Positions 23,301 to 36,000 of a stretch of DNA of 64,000 nucleotides are shown in pieces. The stretch spans positions 620,001-684,000 of the forward strand of contig LSRY02000028.1 in NCBI GenBank assembly GCA_001643675.2, read 5' to 3'. The stretch is from Monocercomonoides exilis PA203. Its lineage: Eukaryota; Protista; Preaxostyla. The first letter of the stretch is position 1. Each line of letters begins with the position of its first letter. Under the pieces are notes generated by a model. It saw only the letters and a program-made list of their open reading frames with translations, ran no database searches and was not told the DNA's origin. Both the position numbers and the translations under genes were made by a program.

Positions 23301-26068
23301 GAAACAATTATTTCTAATGATTTGAAAGAAATAACTTTTATTTATGAATACGCTTTCATCTAACTGAAATCTGTGTTTTGATTACAAACAATTTTGATGC
23401 AAAATGCTTTCAATTTTGCGTTGAGCAAAAGATTTCTTTGAGAGATTGTGATAGCAACAATGTATTGGAAAAGAAAGCTAAAACAAAAGAAAGATATTCA
23501 AATGAAAAAAAGAAAAATGAAGCTAGGAAAATCAGTTCGAGATAAAGTTTTATTGAATTGAGATAATGACAAAAATAAAAGTTTAATTGGGAAAGGTTTT
23601 CTGACAAATTGTTCTGAATCAGAAATCGAGCTAAGAGAAACGCAAGAAGATGAAGTGGAGAATATCAAGCAACTTTCAATCCAATATCAAAAAAGTGAAA
23701 TGAAATAGAAATTAGAAAAATACGATAAAACTTTTGAAAAAATATGCAACATATAAAATTGAGGATCAAACAACAACGAATATTCAGAATTTTGGAAATA
23801 TCAACAGAATTTTTAAATGTTTTTACTCCAATTTTTGTATCGAAACTTTTTAAACAATAATTGTAATTGTTTCATTCGTGCGCTTGAATTACTTCTTTCT
23901 CGTTTGAAAGTGCTCTCCAAATGATATATTTTTCAACCAATTTCTTTTTTGTAATATAATAGCTTGTTCATTTCTGCAGATTGCAGCAGACTTTTTTTGT
24001 TCCTAATGGAATGACCGTAAGATGAACTATCTGAGGCTGTTATATGTCTGACTCCATTGCGGTGTATTAAAAATTTTTAACTTTTTTCAAGCACTCACTT
24101 TGATGCTTTCTTAGGAATAATCACATTTTGAATTGAACGAGCCAACAAAAGAAAATTAGCATTTCTCAGCTAATAAGGTTAGAAATTGTTGCTGAATCCA
24201 GGAATAATTAGGAATATGCTTGCTCAGCATTTTTGTTGTGTGTTTGTGTGTAACTGTTTCTGTTGCTCTTGCATCTGATGGGCTTGTGGCATATTGGGAA
24301 AAAAAGCTATCACAGCATCCGTAATTGGGGCAGCCTCGAAGTCGAAAGCATCACACATGGTGAGCATGTGGCGCCTTCAGTGAAGCCACGGATTAAGATC
24401 TCTTGTGGCTGATGAGAGGTGATCTGTCTGAAGGCGTAAGACAGCTGAATTCCTTTGCCAACGGGGAAAAGACGAACCGCAATTTTTTTTGAAAAAATTT
24501 GGTCTTTCTCAGTCATTATTTTCGGCATAGAAATAACTGATTCACATTAATTAAGCTGAATCAAAGATATAAAATGTCACCTCAACATCGCTTTATTGGT
24601 AAAAGTGATAGATTCCTTATTTTTATTCTTCTAAACCTTAATAAGCAGTTATAGTGCCTTCAATCTCAAATACTCCTTTTTGAAACCATCCAAGTGTGCA
24701 AATGCTTATCAAAACAGAGGCAAGTTGGTGTATATCTTGTTCTTTTGTAATATTTCGGATGAAGATGAAATTACCATTGATGAAGAGATGAATGAAGTAT
24801 CTTTGTCTGATAACCAGTCGGTGTGAAGGGCAACGCAAATCGGCATATGTTTGAAGAAAGAATGATAAAGTTTCTGAGACAGAACAGCGAAAAGAGCATC
24901 CCATTCATTTCTTTGAAGGAATGGAGTGCATTAAACACTTAGAACAGAATCTGGAAAGCTGTCAACATTCTCTCCTTCAGAGTGCATGCCGTCATATCTT
25001 TTTCTTATCCATCCAATGAAGCAACATGTATTACAAATCCCACTGGTTTTCAATCAGCTTCTTGATAAGTAATAAATAAACTGTTGCATCCAACAGGCTT
25101 AACAACGAAGATGCTATATGATAGAACGCCTTTTAAAAAAAATGATTTGGAAAACTATCGCACACATTGAGAATTCAAAGAAATTTTCTTAGTTTCCATC
25201 ATTTTATCCTATTATCTACTCATTTGATTTGTATCTTGAATTTCAAAATAATGTAATTTGAATTAATTGCGAGTTGTTTGCGAAAAAGAAACAAGAATAC
25301 CTTGATTGTTCACTCCACAATTTATCTTTTAATTTCGTCGATTTTGCAGCACTGACTTGTTCCTTCTGGAAAATGCAGTATTGTTATTATTATTATTTAC
25401 AAAGAAAACCGTTGTTTTTATTTATTACACCTGCTTTCAAAAACAATAGAAATATCTTATTTTTATTTTGATATCTAGGAGATTCGCATGATAAACAAAA
25501 TCCAAAAAGCTATATTAAAGGACACATGATAATTATTTTTTTAACGCAAAGTCAGCAACATTTGTCGATGGGCGAGCAAGTCTTTTGATAAATAACTATT
25601 TTGATCTTTCCTACATTAATATTTTGGATAGAAAAATATTCGAATTGAATAAATGAATATTCGAATAAAATAAATGAGTTAAAATATTCTATGAATTCAT
25701 AAAACTTGTGCAAAGAATAGAATAAATCTGTAATGGCTGAAAAAAAAAAAAAAAAAGAACTCGACAAAAAGACATCATCTCGACCTACATAAACGTCCAA
25801 AACTTAGCTTGTCGCAAAGGCCTAATTAATATCGAGCATAGAAAAGTGATTTCTATTGGGAAAAAAAAAATTTTTTTTTTGAAGTTTTATTTTTTGAAGA
25901 ATTTAAAATTGAGTTTGAATTTAACAATTGCATGTCAAATGAAAATTATTGTTAAAAACGAAATAGAAATAAATTATTCACAGCGAATAAAATCACTGAA
26001 TAAGAAAATAAATAATTAAAAAAAATTAAGATCGTTCCCAATACTTTCATAATTAGATATCTTTTTCA

Positions 26069-27414
26069 ATGGATCCTTTAAACGATACGGCTTTTGAATC
26101 AGCTGGCGAAGTTTCGGTAGTTCCATCGTTTGCAGAGGTGCGAGATTGTTGGATATAAATTTAAAGTTTCATATATTTGCAACATATTAATTTAATATTA
26201 TAAAAATCAATAAATATAACTTTGAAAAACCGTTTACAATTTTTATATTTTAAAGATGAAATTAAACGAAAATCTGTTGCGGGGCATTGTTGATTATGGA
26301 TTTGAGAAGCCATCCGCAATTCAACAGAGGGCAATTTTACCAATTCTAAGTGGAAGAGATGTTATTGCTCAGTCCCAGTCAGGAACAGGAAAAACCGCAA
26401 CATTCAGTATTGCTGCACTTCAGTCTGTTGTTGTTACAAACAAAGAACCACAAGTGCTTATTTTATGTCCAACTCGCGAGCTTGCATTACAAATTCAAAA
26501 AGTTATTGCAACTCTTGGTCAGCACATGGCTGTTCAGTGTCATGCAAGGTAATATTAACATATACCTCAATATTTTTATTTATTTATTTTATTTTAGTAT
26601 CGGAGGATCTTCACTTTCAGATGATGTTCGTCGCTTAGAAGCAGGTGCTCAAGTTATTGTTGGGACGCCAGGAAGAGTTGCAGATATGATAAGGAAAAAA
26701 CACTTGAAAATTAGGCATATAAAGATGTTGGTTTTGGACGAAGCAGATGAAATGTTAAACGAAGGATTTAAAGAACAAATTTATGAGATCTATCGCTATT
26801 TACCTCGTGAGACTCAAGTTGTTGTGTTCAGTGCAACATTGCCACAATCTGTTTTGGAAATAACAACCAAATTTATGACAACACCTGTTCGTATTTTGGT
26901 AAAACGTGATGAATTGACACTTGAAGGCATCAAGCAGTTTTTTGTCTCAGTTGAGAAAGAAGCATGGAAGTTTGAGACATTATGCGATCTTTATGATACC
27001 CTGACTGTAACACAGTCAGTTGTATTCTGCAACACAAGAACAAAAGTTGATGAACTCACCAGAAAGATGAAGGAGGCCAGCTTTTCTGTTGTGTCCATGC
27101 ACGGAGGAATGGAACAGAAGGAACGTAACGAAATCATGGAACAGTTTCGGAGAGGTGAAGCCAGAGTGCTGATTACTACAGATATATGGGCTCGAGGAAT
27201 AGATGTTAGTATTGTATCTCTTGTTGTAAATTATGATATACCAACAAACAGAGAGATTTACTTGCATCGCATTGGAAGATCAGGAAGATATGGAAGAAAA
27301 GGTGTTGCTATCTCATTTGTTAAGACTGAAGATATTCGAATTCTAAGAGATATAGAACAGTTTTATTCAACACAAATAGATGAAATGCCTATGAATGTCG
27401 CTGATCTTATTTAG
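26069..27414 (+). CDS. EIF4A3: DEAD-box helicase eIF4A-III (exon junction complex); exons 26069-26137, 26256-26548, 26598-27414
   Basis: [47 protein letters not shown]; eIF4A-III-type [13 protein letters not shown] and [19 protein letters not shown]; GT-AG introns. Confidence 0.93.
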
Positions 27415-27820
27415 ACAACACAGACTCTTCCATCTTATCTCATTTAAATGTGGTTTAAGACGTTATTCTTTCAGTCTTTTTTCACAATTTTCAATGAATT
27501 TCATAAAATCACTTCATATTTTCCGTTTTATTATCTCATATTTACATAAAAATTGACACTGCGCGAATGATCCACGCATATAAAACAGAATTGTACAAAG
27601 TTAAATGATGTGTAAAATTAAGAATTTCTTAACCACATAAACAGTTAATTTATTCATTATTGATAACAAATCTTTTGACCAAAGCAACAAACAACATAAA
27701 AAATTATTTTTAAAGAGGCAAAAAGACGGAAAAATAAAATAGCAACTTCAGCATAAAACTATCCATTTCTTTAAAAATCAAATCGTTGAAAAATTATAAA
27801 AACATACAAGAACTAAAATC

Positions 27821-28908
27821 TTAAATCTTTGCACATGCAATTGATGCAGCCTTTAAATATTTGCTTGAGCAATATTTTAAGTAAATTCCATGCGCTTTTT
27901 CATGTGGTGCTTTCTTTATAATTTTCTGCATCTGAATTAATATTGGATAAATTTGTTCATACGTTAATCCACTGTAATACACCAACGATGCTGACCACGG
28001 GGGCCTGCCAGCAATTCTCAGTGCATGGGACAAAGAAGCAGCTGCAATTTCAGAAGGCAAATATGTTGTTGTAAGCGTATAATCCATCAATGAATATTCA
28101 GCGATGAAGCGAGAAATCATTCCAACAGAAGAATCAGCATGAGCAGCCTTCGCGTAACGCTTCAAGAAAGTAAGTGCTGTAGGTGCTCCAAGTGAATATC
28201 GGAGCTCATTCAAAATTATTCGTTCCATTTTAATTAAATCAACTTTTGTTGCAATGTCTGGACAAAAATTCACTAATTGTTCGATTGAAGGATAATAAGT
28301 TTCTTCAAATTTGGAAGAAACAAAAAAACAGCCTAGCATCAGCATGTAAATCTTATCAACAGAAACTACTTTTTTAGATAAAAATCGGTCAAATAAAGAG
28401 ACGCTGATAAAGATGGTGTCAGCTTGAAGAGAAGTGTGATATGTTTGAGAAAGAATGCGATGAAGTTCCACAATCCAATCAACACTATAAAGTCTGTTTA
28501 ATGCTGTAATTTGAGGTTGAAGGTTAATATAACGAGGATTTGGACGAAACTTTTTCTATTGCACATTCACAAAAAAATAAAATAAGTATTTCAAAAAAAC
28601 AAAAAAGAAAAAAACAAATATAAAAAAACAAAACAGAAAAAAATTTAAAAATAAAATGAAATTCAACTTCACATTCTTCTTAATAAAAGAAAAATTTTAT
28701 TCACTTAGCTCCATTTTTTCAATGAACAAACTTGAAGTTCCGTTAAATATTGATAAACTTCTTTAACATAAACACTACAAGTGTATGGATTCATCGCATC
28801 TCCGTTGTCAATTTCTTCCACAACATCTGTCGTTGGAACAACGTACATAGGAACTTCATTTAAAGTGATAGGAGTTTCTTCTTCTACCGCTTCAGTCTTT
28901 TCATCCAT
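27821..28908 (-). CDS. B-type (mitotic) cyclin; intron 28556-28731
   Basis: YVKEVYQYL, RLYSVDWIVELH, LFDRFLS, SSKFEETYYP, MERIILNEL, PTALTFLKRY, PSEIAAA. Confidence 0.88.
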
Positions 28909-29049
28909 TTTAATCGATTATTCTATGGGCCTCAAAGTCAATCATTTTTTATTCGTTTGAAAAATGTATATAGTGTTAACTTGATTCATTTAACAAATTA
29001 ATATCGATAATTGGACAACAAAAAAAATAACGGTTCTAAAAATGTAAAA

Positions 29050-32000
29050 ATGCAATTTTCTCAACGATTTTCGCGTTTTGAAAAAGATGAAACCAAAAAA
29101 TCTTTGGGAAAAACAAAGCAAAGTAGAGTTACATCGGAACAGTTTTCGCATAGGGAAAAACTTCTTTTAGAAAGACGAAGAACAATTGATGTTGGTTTGC
29201 TTATATTTGAACAAATAATTTACAACAGCAAAATTGTATTTTCTTTTAAAAAATTGATGCAGATGATGACAGTGAAGATATATCAATGTCAGAGGAACAA
29301 TACTCACAATTATTACAACAGCTAAGAGTTTGAATACAATTTTTGCTATTTTTCACAAAAAATATTATAAATTTACACTTTAATGACAAACTTTAGGAAT
29401 CAAAAGACGAATCAGAGGCATTTGAAATTATAGTTGATCTACGTAAGGCTTTACGACAAGATTTCAATGATATTTCAAATTCTCTCTTAATGCAAATTAT
29501 TCTATTGCTAAAACCTTTCCTAAAAACAAAAACTGAAAACGTTTTAATGGAAACTTTAATAACATATTGCTGTATGAATTTTAAAACATTTTTATTTTCA
29601 ATTAAAATATTTGTTTATTTCATGAATCATTCTTCCCAAAAGACATTTCTCAATGTTCAGAAGATGTTGTTAAACACCTCATGAATCTTCTCGATGATTT
29701 TTTGATCTTTCTAGTACCATTGACGCAAACTAATAAAGAAGATAAACAAATGTCTTGCTTTGCAACAACTCAATCTTCTCAAGTATTGACCGAAAGCTGG
29801 TGGACAAGATTTTCACCTACTGCTGCTATGAAAGTTCAAGAAATCACTACTGTGATAATTGGAAATATGGCATGCATGTCGCTGCAGAACAAAGAAATAA
29901 TTAAGTCAATGCATGGAGTTGAAGTTCTATTAAATCTTGTCAAAGCTACAGAGGTATACCAACTTCATTCAACTTAATGTATTTTGAAATTTGATCAATG
30001 TTATAATTATTGTTAATTGCTGAAACTTGTGCACGACACGTAGAACAACTCCCTCATTGAGCAACTCCTTTGGAGCATCACAGCCATTATCAGAGGAGAT
30101 TCAAGCAGAATCCACGAAATTCTCTCTCTAAACATTGTTAGCGAGCTTCTGAGGATTATTACAACAAAAAGCGTATGCTTGTTGAATGCCAATGAAACAA
30201 ATGAAAATGTCCAACACTTTTTTGAATATTTTTTTGATTTTCCTTTCTTTTCTTTTCTTTTTTCTTAATCCATCCAATCATTTAGTTTTTTATTTTTACT
30301 AAAATCGTTTGATTTTCACATTTTTTAACTATCAAATATTCATATTTTCATAACATAACATAATGTTTTGACTTCGAAACAGGATCTCGGCATTCTGGCA
30401 AATGCAGCATGGATTGCTTCATACATTTCAAGCGGTGAGAAAGATGAGTGTATCGATTCGATTTGTGAGTCCTTTCTTCTGACTGGACTGGTTTTGTCTT
30501 TTCAATATTATTTATTTATTTATTTATTAATTATTTTTATTTTATTTTTTGCTTTTATGTGTTCATTTTTTGGGATGATTTGCACTTTTTGGTTCATTTT
30601 AGCTGAAGTTATTGTTTACACACCATAAGCCTGTTCGTATTATTCCCATTATGTCCGACGATAGCAAGGAAACAACTGCATCTTCAGATTCTGCGATGGA
30701 TCTTGAAGAAACAGACAGCACATCTCACATAACATCAGCTGAATCACAGCCTTTTGGCTCGACTACTTCTTCATCATTGCCATTATCTTTATCACCAACT
30801 TCTCCATTTTCTCCCTCTCCCCAAATATCCAACCAGTTTGCCTTGCCTCAATCAACAGACTCTCCATTCACATTCGCACGCGATCATCGCTATCCATCAA
30901 CTGCCAACACATCAGCAGAGAAAATGCAGTCAGTTGAATCCACAAAGCCTGTGCCTGAGCCACTCCCAGCTGGAGTGCTTCCAACAGACAACCCATTTAC
31001 ATTGTCAAAATCGCACAGATATCCATCATCATCATCATCACCACCATCCACATTGTTGTCATCTTCTTCCTCTTCTCAGTCTTCGTCTCAACAGCCTTCT
31101 TTCGAATTCAACAGCAGCTTCTTCTCGAATGCCCCTCCGTCGTTCCTCCAGATGTGCATCCCGATTATTCGCACCATTGCCAATGTGCTGACATCACGAA
31201 ATCTTTTGCATTCAAATTGGATTATTCAGGCCAACCCTCAAGCAGAAATGTGTGCAGTTCTTTGTTTCAGAAAAAATAATTTTTTTTTATGACATTTTTC
31301 ACTTTTTGTCCTTTGATCTTTCTTATTCGTGACATATGCTCAATGTAAGTTTTAATGGGATTGCTGTTGATGCTCTTAAGATTCCACTTGCCACCGGGCC
31401 TGCACTGTTTCAATGGATCGAAGGAGTTTTGACAGCAAATGGGAATGATACAAATGGGTTTGCAAATGAAATCTCTTCAACGTGATAGTTCATTTCTTTT
31501 CCTTTTTTTTTTTTTATTCCTCAAAAATTTTGGTCTTTTATCATATTTTTATTGTTATTTTTTTTTCACAAGTTATTATTTGGATTTACTTTTTATTGAT
31601 GAATAATTTATTAAAAACCTTTCTCTTATCAACTTTTATCTCAATTGCCTTTTTCTTATCATTTTCCGAAAATTTTTAAACCTTTTTTTTAACATTTTCA
31701 TATTCCCTCTGTTATTATCATTGGCTTTCCTTCCATTTCAGTCCTTCACTCAACATCCTCACCCGCGATTGCGTCCGTCTGCTTCATCACATTGCCTGCC
31801 ACGGCGTTTCCTTTGCCAATGCGATTCTCAGACATCCTGTAATTCTTCAGTCGCTTGTGCAGCTGCTCGACAAAAGACGTTATTCTCTCTTTGAACCTGC
31901 GGCAAGCTGTCTCGCATACATCGCCAACTGCAGCGCGGCTCATCTGGGAGCTGTGATAAATCTCGGGTTTGATTTAACTTTTATGTAATCTTTCAAATTT

Positions 32001-32403
32001 TTACTGAGCAATTTTAATGTTTTCTTTTTTTCACATCTATTTTTTGATTCATTTCATTGTTTGCATTTGTTGTTTCATCAGAACATTCCCTTCATTTGTC
32101 AGTCTGCATTCATCACTCAACCCGACGATGAGGAAGGTGTCTGTGTGTATGATGGAAATAGTTCTGCGTATGCTTCCAAAGGGGAAGACGATGATGGAAG
32201 AGGCAAACGGATACGAGGCGCTGGAGGTGCTGAGCAACAAAGACCCAGAGCTGAGGGAACAGGCACAATATCTGATGAATAAGTACTTTGACGAGGATGA
32301 GATGGACTACGATGAAGGAGATGGGATGGATGCAAGTGGAGAAGAAGAAGAACATTTAGGAAGCAAAGATGTTGGCAATTCGGGAATGTTTTATGATAAA
32401 TAG
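29050..32403 (+). CDS. Importin-alpha-like / TMCO6-like ARM-repeat protein, multi-exon (exon structure partly unresolved)
   Basis: IBB-like N-terminus (REKLLLERRR), ARM-like motifs (IIGNMA, NAAWIASYI, IIRTIANVL), importin-alpha-like C-terminus GYEALEVL..AQYLMNKYFDEDE. Confidence 0.65.
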
Positions 32404-33087
32404 TACTTGAAAAGGAATGTGCAGTTAACAGTCACTGTGTCGAAGAGATTGACCACAAAATGTATTTTCATTTTCAGGCTTTAGGAGTAACTTGTATTTA
32501 AAGATGGAAATAGCAATGAATTCATTTGTTTTCTATGATGATAATTATGAATGAACTTCCATCAAAAAAAAAGATGCGCTGAGTTAGGTAAATTTCAGAA
32601 CCCATTTAATTCAGTCAATAATATGTTTTTGAGTAATTACAATTGAATTTCTATGTACCTTATAAGAAATGAAAGCATTGAATAAACAATTTAGGCTTCA
32701 TTTTGCTGGATATAGGAGAAACGATTTTGAAAGAAAAGAAATAAATAACTGGAATACAATTGTTTATTTAACTTTTTTTTTTGCAGTTTTAGTTCATTTT
32801 TTGTATATATCCAAAGTTCTGTAAATCTTTGAATAAAGGATTGTAAAGTGCAATTTCAATTTTCTTTCTGTAATTTGCAAATCTTTTCACTTTTTTTGTT
32901 ATTGGGGATTTTTTCAACCAATTGAGTCATAAATATATATTTTTGAAGTGTAGACTCGTAAAAGCAACGATTCATTGCGCAAATGGTGCTTAGAAGGATT
33001 TAAATGCTTTGAATAGTTATGTTTATATTTAATAACTCCTCTAATTATTGTCTTCAAATTAATAAATGGTTATGATCGACCGTTGAT

Positions 33088-36000
33088 ATGGAGTTCGCTT
33101 CTGTTTTTGAATCTGTACTCGAACCAGAGCTCCTTACATCAAGTATCATACTTGAGCATGCAGGTTAATACACGTTTTATTTGGTCATTTTAATGAATAA
33201 TCTTTTTATATGTTTCTTGCTTTTGAAATGTGAATTATTACAAAAGGAAATATATTTGATGGTAAAGGATTTGTCAAAGTAGCTGGAGGTCATACATATA
33301 AAGGAAGCTTTAAAAATGGAAAAATGCACGGAAAAGGAGAACTAGAATGGAGCGATGGAACGAAATACACAGGACAATTCATTGATAATCAAATTACTGG
33401 AAGAGGCACATACAACTGGCATGTGAATTTTATTTAATCGATTAAGTTTTTGTGATTTCAACTCATTTCCCTCTCATTTAATTTTTAGGAAAAACGGTTC
33501 TGTGTACACTGGAGATGTTGTGAAAGGACTTCGCCATGGATTTGGGTCATTTTTATCTCCTACTGGAATGAAGTGTGCTGCCTATTTGTTTTTGTAATGA
33601 TTTTTAATTTTAACACAACAATAAAAAGATACGAAGGAGATTGGAAAGAAGGAATTCGTGATGGATGGGTTTCAAAATTATAACATTTTGTCGTTTTTTT
33701 TTTCACTATTTTTTGGATTCTTTATACCCAGGGTATTTTGTGGTATAACAATGAAAAGACAGTTGTTTATGAAGGAGAATTCAAGAATGGAGAAAGAAAC
33801 GGAAAAGTTTGAAAACTGTTTTTGAGATAAATAATTTTATATTTCATGAATTTATTTAGGGGAGAATGACATATGAAAATGGAGATGTTTATGAAGGGAA
33901 TTGGGAAAATGGGCAGAGGCACGGATATGGAAGAATGAAATGGCTGAGCGTTGGACAGTGCTATACTGGGGATTGGGCATGTGACATGCAGAATGGGCAT
34001 GGAGAGCATACATGGCAACTGTCAAATCTTGGAAACTATCCATTTTTTTATTCAAACCGGTATGTCGGCTCGTTTGTGGATGGGAAAAGGCACGGAATGG
34101 GTGTATTTTTCTATGTGGACGGGTCAAAGTACAGTGGCGAATGGAGAGAGAACAAGAAACACGGAGAGGGTGTTTTCCTGTCTGCAACTGGTGTTGAGAC
34201 GAAAGGCGTATTTGCAAACGACAGAATGGTCAGCAGCACAGACAAGGAAGGAGCAAGCAGCGCAGTTGCTGTTGATGCAGAAGGGAAGCCACGCTCTGAT
34301 GTCAGACAACAGCAAAAAGGAGGGAAAGGCAACACTTCATCATCTTCCTCTTCCTCTTCTTCATCTTCTGTGAACGAAGCACAAAGCTTCGGAGACATAG
34401 ACGACTTGCTTCTTAACTACACTTCACCTCCTGTTGCTGTTGGGCAGCCTCGTCTGATGATAGCGAATGGCGACGGCAGCAACAGCGGAGAGACCGAAAA
34501 GCAACAGGCACCAGCGCCTCTGTCTGCGCAGCAGATCAAAGGCAGCCTGGCGATGGTTCTGACGAAGTACGGGCAGGAGATCAAGCAGCTGTATCTGTGG
34601 CTGGCAGCCAACAAGGAGTTCCTCGACCCGTCGCTCATCCGCGTGGCTGTGGCGACGCCTTCAGCTCTGCTATCCGGTGGTCCATCATCTGTCTCATCGA
34701 CTATCGGGCTACTGTCATCTCCGTCGACACCCACAGCCACTTTCCGTCCAAGCACTTTTGACAGGCTCAGCTGCACAACTACATCTTGCTCCCAGACGAA
34801 GGTGCACTTGTCTCTCACTGCAGTGTCTCCTCGCCTGTCTTGTGACTCTGCTCTGCTTTCAGCGTCATATCGCAGCAACGGCGAGCACTCTCATCCACAC
34901 ATCCTCTCTGCCACTTCTCCTCTGCCTCCGACACAGGCACAGCTGATGCAACAACAGCAGCAGCACAACATGTCCAGCCAGTTAGCCCCGTTTGTGCTGA
35001 AGGCACCTTCTCCGTCTGCCCCAACCACACCGCCTGTTTTGTCTGTTGCCCCGACGCTGTCTGCGCTCTGGCTGTGGATGAGCATCACAGGCATCGCTGC
35101 TGCACCTGTGCTACTCCCATCTACAGCTGCCAATCAGGAAAAGAACAGGAATGGGAACGAAAAGAACGATAGCTCTGCAAACAATGCAATGTCTCCACAA
35201 TCCTCTGCTGCTTCTTCTTTAACAGGTTTGAATCCATCAAAAGCGTCTGGCCCAACAAAAGATGGGCTTGTGGAGTATTCGTCGATGCTGCAGATGGGCT
35301 CTCCCGCGAAGCGTTTGTCTCCGCTCGTGTCTGTTTCGTCTGCGCCTTTCTCATCGTTTTCACTCACACGCTCCCAATCTCCAGACTTCAAAGCAAGAGA
35401 CCCCAACATGCCTGCGCAATCGCCATCACCATCGATATCTCCATCGTTTTCTCCTCATTCCTCACCTGGCGGTTCTTCTTCTTCGCCAATGACTGAGCAG
35501 ATGAAGCTCCTCCAAGCTCCTCCTCCTCATCCACTGACACTGGAGCAGCTGACGCGGATTGTCTCTCCAATCTTCCTTGGCCACACTTCATTCACCACAC
35601 AGACATACGACCCTCCTTTTCTCTGCCCTCCACTTCTGCCTGCACCTTTCTCATCATCATCATCTTCTTCTTCTGCTTCCTCCTCATCGTCTTCTTCATT
35701 AAACCAACCAGATCCAGTGTTTCTCTTCCATCCCTCTTTATCTTTCCTTCCTCGTCATTTCTTGTCCATTCTCGTGCATCTGGCACATCATCTCTATCCT
35801 CACCCGTTCACCCCACTTCACTCCAGACTCCACCGCCTCATCACAGAAATCATCATCCCATTCCTCGCCAGGGCGCCTCCTCGTCTCGACAGCAACCATC
35901 GCATCATCGGCTTTGACTACACTCTACCCTCAATTGCCAGCATTAACAATGGAGATGCTTCGTCTTCATCTTCTTCTTTGATAGCTGGCAGTGCAACAAC

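Larger units (their letters stand above)
3242..25822 (+). mobile_element. Outermost nested element with 13-bp TIR GGCCTTTGCGACA (PIF/Harbinger-like ends); about 3.7 kb after removing inserts
   Basis: GGCCTTTGCGACA at 3242 and TGTCGCAAAGGCC ending at 25822, flanked by TCA and TAA (imperfect 3-bp TSD). No transposase recognised, so the superfamily is inferred. Confidence 0.55.

Noticed and set aside
23227-25500. Harbinger transposase inside the GGCC element
   Set aside because: Coding-like fragments exist but no convincing DDE_Tnp_4 motifs could be read.
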